This document shows, piece after piece, positions 1-13,787 of a stretch of 54,440 nucleotides of DNA. The stretch is from positions 1-54,440 of the forward strand of contig NW_021832535.1 of assembly GCF_006345805.1 (NCBI RefSeq), read 5' to 3'. The translations under genes were made by a program, and so were the position numbers. The notes under the pieces are model-generated. The model saw nothing but the letters and a program-made list of their open reading frames with translations, made no database searches and was not told the origin of the DNA. Origin of the DNA: Octopus sinensis. Its lineage: Eukaryota. Positions within the stretch are counted from its first letter, which is position 1, and every line of letters starts with the position of its first letter.

Positions 1-30
1 GAGAGGCACTGAGCAGCTATACACACACAT

Positions 31-188
31 ACACACACGGCAGTAACTTCCGCCTACCGAATTCAATTGCAAAGCTTCGGTTGGCTCGGGGCTATAGTGG
101 AAGACACCTACCCAAAGAGCCACGCAGTGGGACTGAACCCAAAACCATGTAGCTAGGAAGCAAACTCCCTAACCACACAGCCATGCCC
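31..188 (-). mobile_element. tRNA-derived SINE (family A), head and part of body
   Basis: Minus strand reads GGCATGGCTGTGTGGTTAG (A-box-like) ... GGGTTCAGTCCCACTGCGTGGC (B-box-like). The same head recurs many times in the window. Confidence 0.75.
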
Positions 189-662
189 AATGTTTTTGTA
201 TTTTATTTGCAAGATTCTTGATGTGAATTCAAGTATTGTAACAAATTTTGTGTCTTGGAAGAATCATGATGCCAATAATTACAACACACACACGGGATCA
301 AATCTGCTTCCTTATTGTAAGCCAGTTGGTTAAGTGTCTAACCAACTAACTAATCAATTATTTGGTTAATGTTCTGGTTTGAACAGTCACTCAGCTGTCA
401 TTGTTCGTGATGTAGAAGAGGCCAAAGCAGAAAATCTCTGAGTCACTGAAAAGGTCACGAACAGCAACAAAAGAACTTTGACTAACAAACAACTGATTGA
501 TTTTTTAAGCCAGCACCATTAAACAAACAATCGATTCGTTAGTTGGTTAGATACTTAACTAATTTACTAACAATAAATGGAGTTAAACCTGGCATCATGA
601 CTCTCCTAAAATACAACAATATGTATGTATGCCTGCATGTATGAATGAATGTACATATGTAT

Positions 663-818
663 GTATGACAGGCTTCTTTCAGTTTCTGTCTACCTTATCT
701 ACTCACAAGATTTTGGTAAGCCCGTGGCTATAGAAGATACTTGCCCAAGGTGCTATGCAACGGGACTGAACCCAGAACCATGTGGTTGGGAAGCAAACTT
801 ATTACCACCCAACCATAC
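663..818 (-). mobile_element. tRNA-derived SINE (family A), diverged
   Basis: Shares GAAGATACTTGCCCAAGGTG..GGGACTGAACCCAGAACCATGTGGTTGGGAAGCAA with the other family A copies. Confidence 0.75.
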
Positions 819-1054
819 CAGCACTTACCAGATTTAAGGAAATGTTTATCCAATGCAAAGAAAAATTTTCTGGGTTTATGGATCTTACGTGTAATCCGAA
901 CACCAGATTAATCCATAAGAAGCTACCTTTATTAGACTTATTATCACGTTTAATGTAATTGTTACCATTCTTGGTAGATTATGCAGATTAAAGGAGGAAT
1001 TTCTATTCCTATTTCGATCTTCCTTACTATTTGGATTTCTTTTCATTTCACTGC

Positions 1055-1180
1055 TACTTTATCAAACTTGAAAAGATGAAGAGCAAAATTAACCTTGGCA
1101 GGATTTGAACTCAGAATGTAAGGAGTCAGAGGAAATACCACAAGGCATTTTTCAGATGGCCTAACAATTCTCCCAATGCT
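1055..1180 (-). mobile_element. tRNA-derived SINE (family B) fragment
   Basis: CCTTGGCAGGATTTGAACTCAGAATGT matches the family B head seen at 6.9-8.1 kb. Confidence 0.55.
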
Positions 1181-1315
1181 GCCATGATCATAAAGATCTT
1201 AAATTTTTATTTCACAATCAGACATTTTAAGTTTACATCTTTAAGTGTCTTCTATAGCCACAGGTTTACCAAAATCTTCTTCTCTGTTTTTTCCGTTGTT
1301 TGAAAAAAGTTTGTT

Positions 1316-1445
1316 TCTATGTTTTTGCTTTTATGTTTTCATTTCTCATTGTGTTCCATGTCTTTTTTTTAATGTCTTGTACCCAAATATGCATGCCTAT
1401 ATACATATAGATGTAGGTATGTACATATATGTATGTATATATACA
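1316..1445 (+). repeat. Dispersed ~130-bp repeat (other copies at ~3480-3670 minus and ~22170-22300 plus)
   Basis: TTTTATGTTTTCATTTCTCATTGTGTTC...ATATGCATG..TATATACATATA.ATGTAGGTATGTACATATATGTATG is found three times. Confidence 0.7.
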
Positions 1446-1911
1446 TATATTTATACATTATTTATATTATTATTATTATTATATATACATTGGAAAAATA
1501 GAAGCTGAAAATGGACTGAGAATTGTTTAAATTCCTTTTTTTTTTGTTATATTTAAAGCTTTAACCGGTTTCACAGTTTCCACTGACTTTCAAAAGGTTC
1601 AAACAGAAAGACATGGTTTATGTTGCAGCTGACATGATTCTAACTTATGTTTGAAACTTGCCCTGCTTTTATAGGGAGTTCATGGCTCAAATTAGTATAA
1701 GTTTTGAATGGGATTTCATTGGTAGAGGATAGTCACATGACTGGTCTTAGAAATTTTTGGACAATGTTTAGTGTCCTAAGTTAAGGCTGGCACGGTTGAC
1801 TGAACAAGTCCAAACAATCAATGCTCTGAATGTTTTCTGTCAGATGTTTGTAGAGAACGAACACATGATTAAGTTTATAACTTCTTGTTTCCCACTGTCT
1901 GTGCATTAGTG

Positions 1912-1961
<50 letters not shown>

Positions 1962-1964
1962 TCT

Positions 1965-2325
1965 TTTATTTATTTCAGTCATTTCACTGTGGTCATGCTG
2001 GAGCACTGCCATTAGTCAAACAAATCAACCCTAGGACGTATTCTTTGTAAGCCGAGTTTTAATTCTATCATTCTCTTTTGCCAAACCGTTGGGTTATGGG
2101 GATGTAAACACACCAGCATCGGTTGTCAAGCGATAGTGGGGGAACAAACACAGTCTCACACACACACACATATATATATGATGGGCTTCTTTTAGTTTCC
2201 ATTTACCAAATCCACTCAAGGCTTTGGTCAGCCCAAGTCTTTAGTAGAAGATACTTGCCCAAGGTGCCACGCAGTGAGACTGAACCCAGAACCATGCAGT
2301 TGGCAAGCAAGCTACCTACAACACA
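1965..2325 (-). mobile_element. tRNA-derived SINE (family A), near full length
   Basis: Head at ~2250-2325, central (CA)n/(TA)n, and 3' part with CATGCTGGAGCAC and CAGTCATTT, as in the copies at 10105 and 40841. Confidence 0.8.
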
Positions 2326-2411
2326 CACATATACAAGCCTGAAAGACATGGGCCTCTCTCAGAGGTCTGCGAAACTTTAAGTCACATGGAACTGAATTTA
2401 ACTGCTTTAAA

Positions 2412-2787
2412 TCTTTATATATAAAAGAGAGGTTGTGTGTCTGTCTCCTACGATTTAGATTCCTAACTACTCCCACATTTTGCGGTGCAGTTTAACCAAA
2501 ACCGGGTATCTTATAGTCGTGATTCATATCGAGCCCTTCTGGGTATTTGGGCGCGTCTACGATGAGTCTACGATTTAAAAAAAAATTTACCATCATTTTT
2601 TTCCATTTTAATGCATTTTTTCCCTATTATATAAGGGAAGTAACTCTCTAAAAATGTCTACGATGAGTCAACGATTTAAAAAAAAATTTACCATCATTTT
2701 TTTGCTATTTTTTGGCTATAACTCTCTAAAAATGCTTACATAGTTATTTCCCTTACAAACCCGAGCAACGCCGGGCGATACTGCTAG
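2412..2787 (+). mobile_element. Non-autonomous Helitron (family 1)
   Basis: 5' TC (TCTTTATATATAAAAG), 3' hairpin CCCGAGCAACGCCGGG followed by CTAG, inserted between A and T with no TSD. Near-identical copies at 34227 and 36520. Confidence 0.85.
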
Positions 2788-3415
2788 TGATATATACAAC
2801 TGTTACTAAATATGTTGAGTGCCCTTTTCTTTTGCATGTCCACTCATTCGTGTATGTATAACCGTGTGTGTGTGTGTGTGTATGGATGCAGATGTGCAAA
2901 GAGCACAACAGTTCACAGTATAAGACTGTGTTTTTAAATAAAGCATTTAGTCCCTAAGATGCCTGTTCCATTGGAACTTTCCTACAGTTCAGGTTTGACT
3001 GTGTAGAAACCTGGTGTGTATATGTTTGCTGTTATTTGTATTTAATACTGGCGACATAGCAGCTGTAAATATTGGTGAAATTATGAAAGAATGTCTCTTT
3101 GTCTTGTAGAAAATAACAAGTTAATAAAGACATTGAGAGAATGGCTTTTGTGTTTGAGACTCAGTTTAGAAGAGGAAAAACATATTTAATGCATCTGTTT
3201 CCAGTAACACTCGATTGGAACATGACTCTGTCACAATTTGCTTTGCAGTGGGGGGGGGGAACAATAGGTCGCTCGATTTCATATAAGTGTCTGTGGAGGA
3301 GGAGTGTTTATACAAACATACATACGTACATAGATCCATACATACTCACTCACTCACACACACACACACATACATACATGTGTGTGTGTGTATACAGGTG
3401 TATTTAATATGTCTG

Positions 3416-3447
<32 letters not shown>

Positions 3448-4022
3448 CAGAACTATGTGTATATATATATAAATATATATATGTGCATATATACATACAT
3501 ATATGTACATACCTACATATATATGTATATATACATGCATATATGAAAACATAAAAGCATGTTGTCGTTTCTCATTGTGTTCCACGTCTTTTTGATGTCC
3601 CATACCCATATATGCATGTATATATACATATATATGTAGGTATGTACATATATGTATGTATATATGCACATATATATATATATTATTTATATTATTATAT
3701 GATCAAATGCCACACATCCTTTTCCAAGTAAGTTTTATACACACACACACACACACACACACATACATATATGTAGATGTATATTATGCATATATGTAGA
3801 TGTGTAATGTGTATTTATGTATACATGTGTATATACATGCATATATATGTACACACATATATTCATATATATATGCACACACACTGACACAAACACCTGT
3901 AATGCCAATCATCTGTTGATATTGAATTGTTAAAAGCATTTGAGTCAATGATACATTAAGTATCAATATCAATATATATATGTATGTATGTATGATTGTA
4001 TATGCATATGTATGTATATATA

Positions 4023-5290
4023 CAGGGTGTTCAGAAAATATATACACACTGTAACAGCTGATAACTCAATTTTCATTTCATTTACATTTAATCCACTGGA
4101 AATAATAAAGGAAGCCAAATAAGGCCTTTAACGAGGATGTTTTAGCATAAAGGGCTGTTGAAAGTTTTAAAACGCAGTAGAGATGCAAAGACAGTTTAGG
4201 TGGGAGTTTCAAGGAGATCCACCCACACAACTTACCATCACGAGGCAGATGGAACAGTTTAAAATCTCTGCAAAAAACGTTGCCAAAGGCCACAGATACC
4301 TACAAGCCCCAAGGGTTCTAGAAATATATTGCCTGAGTTCAAGAAAACCTATGCAGCAAGCAAGTCGTCAGACAGGGATTTGAAAATGAAGCATCCTTCA
4401 TCATCATCGTTTAACGTCCGTTCTCCATGCTAGCACCAGGCTACATTTTGAAATGCTGTCTTTGGAATAATTACATTCCAAGAATACGGGGGGGGGGGGA
4501 GCGTTAAGCAGTGATGTGTTTAACTGCAATGTTATAACCAGTTCAAACATGCTTATGACAGTAAGAAACTTTCACCATGGCAAACCACAATGAATGGCTT
4601 GCTTACAAGTTTGAACATGCCATAAGTATATTTGAACTGGTCATACCATTACAGTTAAGAACAGTTTGTGCTCTCAATGAATTTTGAGAATGGAACTTGG
4701 TAAGATGAGTAAAATAAAATAAATGCACCCTTTTAAAGCCTAGCCAGGCTCATGGGCCCGGTTTCCCGGTTTCTATGGCATATGTATTTTCCAGCTGGAC
4801 GGGATACCAGTCCATCACAGCGTTACTCATTTTTGCCAGCTGAGTGGACTGGAGCAACGTGAAATTAAGTGTTTTGCTCAAGAACCCAACTCATTGCCCG
4901 ATCCAGGAATTGAAACCACAATCTTACGATCATGATGCTGACAGCCTAACCACTAAGCCACGCACCTCCACGGTAAGATGGGCAGTAGATGCAGATTGTC
5001 AATCAATGATCGTTCAGAGATTTTAAGCTACATTTCAATAAAATGGCTCAGTCCCCTGCCACAATTACACAATTACTGGCAACCTCAGGATTTACATATG
5101 TAGAAAGATCCCATTAATTTTCCAGGATTTTCAGTATTGTGCAGTTTATCATCCAAAGGATTAATCGGACCTTTCTTTTTTGAAGGTAATTGTAATTGGT
5201 CCCATTTATTTGCTGCAACAATTTTTCAATCTAAGCATTTTGGAGAACTTTTGAAGATGTTATGTTTTTCATTTCCAACAAGATAGGACA
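4023..5290 (+). mobile_element. Decayed Tc1/mariner-type transposon, interrupted by SINEs
   Basis: TA|CAGGGTG terminus. N-terminal peptide QRQFRWEFQGDPPTQLTITR, and ATCGGACCTTTCTTTTTTGAAGG (IGPFFFEG-like) at ~5165. Similar to the element at 19750-20854. Confidence 0.55.
4719..4971 (-). mobile_element. tRNA-derived SINE (family C)
   Basis: Minus strand head GTGGAGGTGCGTGGCTTAGTGGTTAGG...GGTTTCAATTCCTGG with A/B-box-like motifs. Confidence 0.7.
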
Positions 5291-6234
5291 CAACCACACA
5301 ACCACAGTTGTATAAACGTCTGCCTTCATCAGGTTTTGCCAAACAGGTGGATTGGACATTGCGGTTCAGTAAGACACCCATCACATTCACCACACAATTT
5401 CACTCTTTTATTGGGATATTTAAGAAAATAGACGAATTGCAGTTAAGCATTTTCCCCAGCATGCTAACCATTCTGCCGCTTCACCACCGTATCTTAACGA
5501 CAACAACAACAACAATCATAAGGATTCCTTTGTTAACTACAAAGAGGGTACATTAAGAAAATCATTAAGGGTGGTGCAGGATAAAACATTGAGTGTGTGT
5601 TGGTGTGAGGGTTTTGCGTATAAACAGGCTTAACAATAAGAAAAGCAAGGAACAATGAGTATTCCTCGACAACGAGAAAACGTTTGAGGGCTGCTCATGG
5701 AAAAAGCCCATAGAATCATGGCTGCACTTAATTCTAGAGAAGATGCCGTTTCTCAGTTCTTTATCTCCAATGTTACAGGTGTATGCACAGAGCAGAGGGC
5801 AGGCCTGTTCACTTGCACCATGGTCATGGGCCTGGGAAGAGAGAGTGCAGGGGTTGCAAGTGCACCTCCTACAAATTTTGATGGTTACAAAATCAAAATG
5901 TTCACCCTTGCTTACTTTTCTCAGGTTTAGAAAACAGGGCATAAAGAGTGATTGATAAAAAGTAGATTGAAGTTTCTTCACAGAGAACAAAGATCAAAAA
6001 TAAGTAAATAAAAACAATAAAACCTTGTTTGTAAAAATGTTTTGGACCTGGGTTTGCATCCCCCAAGCAAATTTTGTTCCTGAGCCCATGACCATGCTCA
6101 CCACTCATTCTCCTCCCAACAAAATGGCTGGACACAACACTTCCACCCTCTCTACTCTTATTTTCGTCTTCAAGTGAATCTTGAAGAAGTTGATGAAGGA
6201 TTGGCCAAATAGGAAAGGGTTTGTCTTCAGTCCT

Positions 6235-6560
6235 TTCAATCCCTTCTCGTGGAATTGACGTGTTCCCAAGGTCAGGCGATCCATCTGCTGTCAACCCCCA
6301 TTGTGTAGTGGACTGGGCATGCCATGGCTGACCATGTGAAAACATGCACTGAGACTATGACATCTCCAGGGCTTCCAGGACAGTGAACAGCTATGATCGC
6401 CATTCACCAGACACGTGTCTCCTCAGCACATCTCCTTGATGGAGCTGAAGCCCTGGAGTTAAGCAAAGACCAAGAGGAAACACTTGGAAAATGAAATGTT
6501 TTTCAAGTGTCCACAGCCCTCAGCCAGTCACACACCATGACCGGTGGAAAGTCCACTTTC
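6235..6560 (+). mobile_element. L1/Tx1-type LINE ORF2 fragment (post-RT region), with stops
   Basis: A plus frame reads RVPKVRRSICCQPPLCSGLGMPWLTM*KHALRL*HL, containing the GLG(M/L)P motif typical of L1/Tx1 ORF2. Confidence 0.6.
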
Positions 6561-6867
6561 ACGTTTTATACTTGATTAGTGGCAAGTAAAAGTGACAACA
6601 TTCTTAACTCTTGGTGTTGAAAACCATCAACTGCCCCCTCCTGTATCCCAGTTCAAAAGAGATTCCCATAAACTGTTCCAACTTCCTTAGCAGTGGCTCA
6701 AGAGCTGATACAGACAGAAGAGGTAACAACGGGCAGCACTGATGGACCGAGCGTGCGATGCTAAACAGTTCCGGTTGGTGGCAGCTATTTTTGACCACAA
6801 AGTAGGTGCCACAGTGCTTTGCAGTGACCCAGTCTCTGAAATAATCATAATAATGGTTTCAAATTTT

Positions 6868-7408
<541 letters not shown>

Positions 7409-7858
7409 ATGCAAAGATCCTATGGGATTTTATGATTCAGTGCGACCATGAGATAGAGAATAGGAAGCCAGACATAGTGTTAATTGAGAAAGAAAGCAAA
7501 CAATGCTGGATCATAGACATAGCATGCCCAGCTGACAACAAGGTATACAATAAGGAAGAAAGAAAAGTTGATAGATATAACAAGTTAGCTTGGGAAGTTA
7601 AGCAGTTGTGGTTGATGAAAAAGATAGCAGTAGTACCAATAATTGTCAGAGCCCTGGGAACAATGAGTAAAAATCTTGAGAAGTACATGGAACAAATACA
7701 GGCTGTAATAAGGGTGGATCACTTGCAGAAAACAACACTGTTTGGAATAGCTTGAATACTCTGGATGGTGATTGAAAAATAAGGGGGGTTACCTTAGTTC
7801 ACTGGTAGTGAACAGATGGCACTGTAGTACATCTCCAGCGTTAGAAGCTGTGCAAAGG
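7409..7858 (+). mobile_element. 5'-truncated R4/Dong-type non-LTR retrotransposon: restriction-like endonuclease domain plus 3' UTR
   Basis: KILWDFMIQCDHEIENRKPDIVLIEKESKQCWIIDIACP...KEERKVDRYNKL...VVPIIVRALG matches the PD..D/ExK RLE C-terminus. Bounded by (AAT)n on both sides. Confidence 0.8.
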
Positions 7859-7877
7859 CAATAAAATAATAATAATA

Positions 7878-8097
7878 ATCCTTTCTACTATAAACACAAG
7901 GCTCGGAATTTGCAGGGAGGAGGATATTTGATCCCATTGACCCCAGAACATGGCTGGTACTTAATTTATCAACCCTGAAAGGATTAAGGGCAAAATTGAC
8001 ATGGGTGGAAATTGAACTCAGAATGTAGCGGCAGGTAAAATACCACTAAGCATTTCACCCGGCATGCTAACGATTCTGCCAGCTCGCCACCTTTGAA
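7878..8097 (-). mobile_element. Family B SINE
   Basis: Same head and body as 6868-7283. Confidence 0.8.
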
Positions 8098-8142
8098 ATA
8101 ATAATAATAATAATAATGATGATGATAATGATAATAATAAAA

Positions 8143-8705
8143 TGCCCTGATGCAGTACCAGGCAGTGGCTCTCATGGCTTCTGATCTTAACTGATTGGAA
8201 GTGTTATCATGTACATTGTTTTGTCTTGGTTATAAAAGATGGGCTACAGCAAATATTCTGCTCAATACCACAGATTTGCTTGTCAGTTGTTTGACCTTAA
8301 CTGGTTGAGCATGTCCCTTAGTGGCTGATGATATGTGCATCTCTGATCATGAGCAGAAGTAGTGGAGGGGCACCATAGCCATGTGTTGAGAGGAATTCTT
8401 GGAGGTTTGGATAATTCACCTTTGGAAACACGGGTGTCTCGTTCAACATCCTTAAACAACCCCTATTCAGGGACCTTTTGAGCAGGATGGGCTACTCGAC
8501 CTGAAGAAAATTCTAACTGGGCCCCACCTGCAAGGTCATGTGCTGTTTATCTTGATATGAGATCACCATGTCACGCACATATGGTTGTGATGCATGTGCC
8601 TAGTGTACCCTTATCAGACGGGTAGTCATGATGGGTATATTGGGCTTCGTATATTTTACCCCAGTTTTACCTCACTTTGATGGCATGCACTGCTCTCTCA
8701 CTCAA
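8143..8705. mobile_element. ~560-bp non-coding element bounded by (AAT)n on both sides
   Basis: Sharp boundaries with TAA repeats at ~8098-8140 and ~8705-8725 and no ORF. Repetitiveness elsewhere cannot be shown from this window. Confidence 0.4.
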
Positions 8706-8749
8706 TAATAATAATAATAATAATGATAGTGATGATGATGATGATGATT

Positions 8750-9125
8750 TCATTTATTTGCCACCGGGGCAAAGGGTGAGAGGGACAATACAGACATAAA
8801 TCATGGGAGTTTGCAAATGATGAAATGATAAAATAAATAATCATTCCAAAAAAGTGTATAGTGAAAAGGAGGGGAAATATTTATAGTATACAAAGGTGAA
8901 AAAAAGGTAGGGGCCCCCATAGAGATGTAGTTCTCCTGATACAGGGTGACCTCTAGAGATAACTGAGGAACTCCACTGTCCATGATCTCCCTGAACACCA
9001 AGGGCAAGTGGCCTCTCCAATCCCCTTTCTCCAAGTGACAAGTCTACACTTAGAGAGGTGTCATTCATTCTTGCCATTTTTCCAGCTTTCACTCACTTTT
9101 CAATAAACTCAGCCAAGGACAGCTC
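8750..9125 (-). mobile_element. 3' end of an L1/Tx1-type LINE
   Basis: Minus strand KAGKMARMNDTSLSVDL-like C-terminus, T-rich 3' UTR, AATAAA-like signal and (ATC/ATT)n tail. Confidence 0.45.
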
Positions 9126-9799
9126 TTCTCTCTCCACCCCTCAATTTCCTTTTCACATGAAACTTGGAACAATCAATAATAATAATAATAATAATAATAG
9201 CAAACAATGGTGACAGCGATGTTAATAATAAAAACAAACGACATGATGGAGACTCAAGAATCACTGGACAAAGAGATATATGCACTTATCCCATAATACA
9301 CATTCTCGTGCACACACAAAATCTATGCGTTCATACAAACAGACATCAATATATCAACACACACACACACACAGACACACACACACACTCGCATGCACGC
9401 ACACACGCAGACACACACACACCTGCACAAGCTCACACACATGCACATATACACACACTCACAGACGCACACAAACATTTGTTGACTGGAGCCAGGATTT
9501 GAGAAAAAGACTTGAGTAGTTCAATGCGTTCACATCCACAAACATGGACACAAACGCAGACACACGCACAGGTACAGGCACATAATCACCCACCTGTCAG
9601 AGACACTGATTGGACAATAAAACAGGTGGAGAGCACAGAAAGAAAGGAAAGGAGACAAAAGATAAAGCGAGCAGCCAGGACAGCCACAACAACCACAACA
9701 ATAACAGCAACACATCTATACTGCCTATTCTAAGTAAGACAAGGTTAGACAGGAGGAGGAGGAAAGACAAAATGGTCCTTTCACAGAATTCTGGCTTAA

Positions 9800-10304
9800 A
9801 CTTATAACCCCTCATAACTTTTCTATTTTGGAAGATTTTCATAAAATTTTTGCAAATTTGTGTTTCTATAAACGGAAAATCATACGACTATGCAAAAAAC
9901 AAATTTTTGTGTGATTTAAGGGCAACTTAGCTACTAGTTTTAGCACATCTCACGACCACCTGATACCTTACTCATTTCTTTGTCACTCTGATATTTGATG
10001 GCATTGATGTTTCTCAATATTATTCTTCCCATAAACACATTTAATGGAATGGTAACACACATACCTAAGGGTGGTCCATTGCTAAGATTTATGCAAAAGA
10101 TTCTGACTCTCTCTCTTTTACTCTTTTACTTGTTTCAGTCATTTGACTGCGGCCATGCTGGAGCACCGTCTTTAGTCGAGCAACTCGACCCCGGGACTTA
10201 TTCTTTTGGTAAGCCCAGTACAAACCGCTAAGTAACAGGGACATAAACACACCAGCGTCGGTTGTCAAGCAATGTTGGGGGGACAAACACAAACACACAA
10301 ACAT

Positions 10305-10343
<39 letters not shown>

Positions 10344-10665
10344 AATACGACGGGCTTCTTTCAGTTTCCGTCTACCAAATCCACTCACAAGGCATTGGTC
10401 GGCCCAGGGCTATAGCAGAAGACACTTGCCCAAGGTGCCACGCAGTGGGACTGAACCCGGAACCATGTAGTTGGTTAGCAAGCTACTTACCACACAGCCA
10501 CTCCTGCGCCTATTCGTATTTTCTTTAAATTGAAAGTGGGGTGGCATTAAAAACATTTTCTTTTTGGCATAATTGTGTGAATTCCCATGAGTAGAACACA
10601 AATTTATAAAAATTTTCAGAGAATTAAAAAAAAAAAAATTATTAAGTCATGTGGGGGTTATATGG
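9800..10665. mobile_element. Old TIR element (MITE-like) with a SINE inserted
   Basis: ~9805-9905 and the reverse complement of ~10545-10665 align loosely (AAAATTTTT..AAATTTGTGTT.CTA..TATGC.AAAAA). Confidence 0.35.
10105..10512 (-). mobile_element. Family A SINE, full length
   Basis: Head AGGCGCAGGAGTGGCTGTGTGGTAAG...GGTTCAGTCCC, internal microsatellite, 3' GGTGCTCCAGCATGGCCGCAGTCAAATGACTGAAACAAGTAAAAG. Confidence 0.85.
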
Positions 10666-10867
10666 GGTGTTAGAACCAGAATTCTACCAGTCCATTTACC
10701 TTATTTCTGTAGAAACAAAGTATTCCATCTTCCTGGTTAATGGATTCTGTCAGTAAATTTTTATCGTCGCCTTTTTGTTGCCCCAAAAGTCTTGCATTCC
10801 TTCAGCGTATTTTGTTTTCATGTTGCTGTATGCTTCTTGGTTCATTTTTAGGAAATCTATACACAAA

Positions 10868-11045
10868 CATGGCTCTGTGGTAAGCAGTTTCCTTACTAAC
10901 CACATGGTTTCAGGTTCTGCTCCACCATGTGGAATCTTGGGTGTCTTCTACTATAGCCTCAGCCTGACACAAGCCTTGTGAATGAAATTTGGTAGAGGGA
11001 AACTGAAAGAAGCCTGCTGCGTATATATGTGTGTGTGTATACATG
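10868..11045 (+). mobile_element. Family A SINE head
   Basis: CATGGCTCTGTGGTAAG...CAGGTTCTGCTCC...GGAAACTGAAAGAAGCC. Confidence 0.7.
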
Positions 11046-11254
11046 CTTCTGTAGTTTATACAAGGTAAGCCCATTTCTGTTATATTTGTTGCATTCACTG
11101 AGTGTATTTTGATAGTAATTTGTGGTTTTGGAGCAATAACTCTACTAATACCCAACTGAATTTTGATTTGTATTTTTTCCTATAAAGGTATAAACTTGCT
11201 AACCACTTTATTATTACCATTATCATTATTGATAAAATGATACCTATTTAATTT

Positions 11255-11302
<48 letters not shown>

Positions 11303-11309
11303 TCAATAA

Positions 11310-11520
11310 TATAGGGTGAAATTAATTAATTTAGAAATAATCATTAATTTCACCAAGTAGAGTTTGGCATGTAAAAGACCCATTCAAGGAAGGTTTAAGT
11401 AATACTAATTAATTAATTAAGGGTTCAGCAACGATTTGCCTCACCACACACCGAATTTAGAAATAGCAGTCAAAAAGTTTTGGCTATTCTTTCTACTTAA
11501 AAGGGAGATCCCAGTAAAAT
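11310..11520 (-). repeat. PLE-type terminal-repeat 3' fragment (related to 22445 and 29330)
   Basis: Terminal hairpin GGTGAAATTAAT/ATTAATTTCACC (11315-11354), then GTAAAAGACCCATTCAAGG and TAGAAATAGCAG.CAAAA shared with 22445-22656. Flanked by (TA)n. Confidence 0.5.
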
Positions 11521-11601
11521 CAGAGCACTTAAAAAACAAACGACGCAGGCAAAAGAGAAAGAAATGACGGAAATCATTCAATATTAAGTTACCTATGTAA
11601 C

Positions 11602-11634
<33 letters not shown>

Positions 11635-11655
11635 ATATATATATATATATATTAT

Positions 11656-11700
<45 letters not shown>

Positions 11701-11719
11701 TATATATAAAATATAATTG

Positions 11720-13570
11720 CCAACTAATGTAGCAATCCCGTAGAGGACGATGCTACTGTTGTTTTTAACCTCAGGAGGACATCTCCTCTATCTGGCTAGC
11801 AACACACTGTGCCTGATTAGTATTTGCGAGGGGAAATCATGGGTTTCTGGGTAATAACCCGTCATCAGTGTGTGATAATCACGAGTTAGTGATGAAAACT
11901 CATCCCACACACAGGATCTGGAAGACATACTGGACCTGATCAAATTATGCGTCATAGTGCCCAGATGCTATGAATGTGGACAGAAGGGTCACATCAGGGC
12001 TATATTCCCACAGAAACCTTCAGCAATGGGTCCCCCTCCACCCGAGGATCATACACAGCCTGAAACCTCAACTACGAACGTCCAAGCCAAGGCCATACCT
12101 CACGAAACACACACCAGGCTCAACCCCAGTAGCAGAGACCAACGACCCAACCAAGAGAGTGAAGAGAAGGACAAACCAGAATCCCACCAATGACACACAA
12201 CCCACCACCGACGCCGCCGACCTCGAATGGAAGGAAGTCACAAAGAAAAAACGCAAAAAAAGAACACTTCCCCTACACCCCTCCACACCACAGGCACACA
12301 TCCACCCGCACGCACACTCCACACGCTTACACAACAATCACAATCATCTGCTAACCCCCAGACACTGCCATCAACCTCACAGCAATAAATACCAGCAACA
12401 CGTCACTTTTTTGAATCCCCGTTCAAAACTCCCACCTCACACCCCCGAATACCCAATACCTCCAATTCATCCACAGACAATCATTCATACATTGGTTTAA
12501 AAGAGAACTTCCCTGACGATGTTGCACTCCTTCAGCTGGCTTTCACAAAACATCTCTACCTTAATTTAATGAAGGATACTCCACAAGCCCCACTAGGAAG
12601 GGAGGATCTACCTACACCCTTCCAAGAAGATTGAATGGAAGTAAACTTTTCTTCCCTCTGCTTTCATGGTCTCGCTCAAGTTTGCCAGCGTGAATGTGCA
12701 TGGTCTGAGATCGTATTAGAAGCAAGCATACTTGCTAAACGATTTCAAGTCATGGAACTTAGATGTGATAGTCACCAGCAAAATCAGGCTGATGGGGCAG
12801 CAGGCCTTCCCGCCCCTCTTCGATGGCTACGGGATCTACGTATCTCCATGCCAGCCCATAGGTGCGGGAAAGGGGAGAGCTACAGTCTTATTCAGAAAAC
12901 ACCTGGATTTAGAGATCAGAATAATCTTTGTGGACCCAGGGGGTAAGCTGGTCGTACTTGACGTGAATCATAGTAGCGGTAGTGCCTTCAGACTGGTCGC
13001 TGTCTGTGCACCAAATGACACTGGACAATTGGACTACTTCGGGTGTTTAGAGACCTTCCTTGGTACGTCGCACACTATAGTATTAGTAGGTGACTTTAAC
13101 ACATTCCTAGACGCATGTGTGGATTGTGTTGGCTCAAATACAGAGAGAAAAAGGAACACATGCCTTGCTAACCTGCTCAGTGGCTTCCAGCAGGCTGACA
13201 AGTTTAGAATGGATTACGCGAATGCTCCAATGTTGACATGGACTAACAGCGTTGGGTCTTCCAGGTCTTTCTTAGAGTTTTTATTAGGTTAGCAGATAGT
13301 ATTAAGGTTAATTGTCCACTATTTCACATCGTCAGCTGTACGGATCGCAAATTTGTGATCTGTAAGCTTGACTTAAATAGGTTTTGTAGACAGGGCCTCA
13401 GTTTCTGGAAGCTGAACACGTCACTCCTGGCGTGAAAAGCCTACAGAGGCCATATCAGAGATCTAGTGTAAAGGGCATTGATAGGATCCATCAACAACAA
13501 CAGGCGATACGTCCTAAAAAGAACCATTAAATTTAGATTTAGCACAGAGTCAAGACTATTAAAAAGGTTT
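11720..13570 (+). mobile_element. Tx1/L1-type LINE 5' part: ORF1 zinc knuckle and ORF2 AP endonuclease, decayed and 3'-truncated
   Basis: RCYECGQKGHIRAI (CCHC knuckle) at ~11960. ASVNVHGLR, VAVCAPN, LVGDFN and FWKLNTSLL APE motifs at 12680-13430. Confidence 0.8.
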
Positions 13571-13748
13571 CAAGATGCAACGAAAATTTTAGAAAATAAA
13601 AATAAGAAATAAGTGGAAATTTTACCGGTGAGTGTGTTAAATGATAAGGCACTAAAAGGGAATGACTCTCCCCAGACACAACAGAATATGCTTCAACACA
13701 CGAGCTCATATAAAGAATCTTGCAAACCAAATCCCAAAACGAAATTTT

Positions 13749-13787
<39 letters not shown>

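Noticed and set aside
395-450. Possible minus-strand exon with acceptor near 448
   Set aside because: The donor is weak, the peptide is short and unrecognisable, and there is no supporting context.
11844-11873. Minus-strand CTGATGA-CGGG..CCCA-GAAA hammerhead-like core
   Set aside because: A small stem II exists but there is no NUH triplet followed by a stem I partner.
11970-12500. 176-aa His/Pro/Thr-rich ORF
   Set aside because: It is a shifted-frame or low-complexity part of the decayed Tx1 ORF1, not an independent gene.
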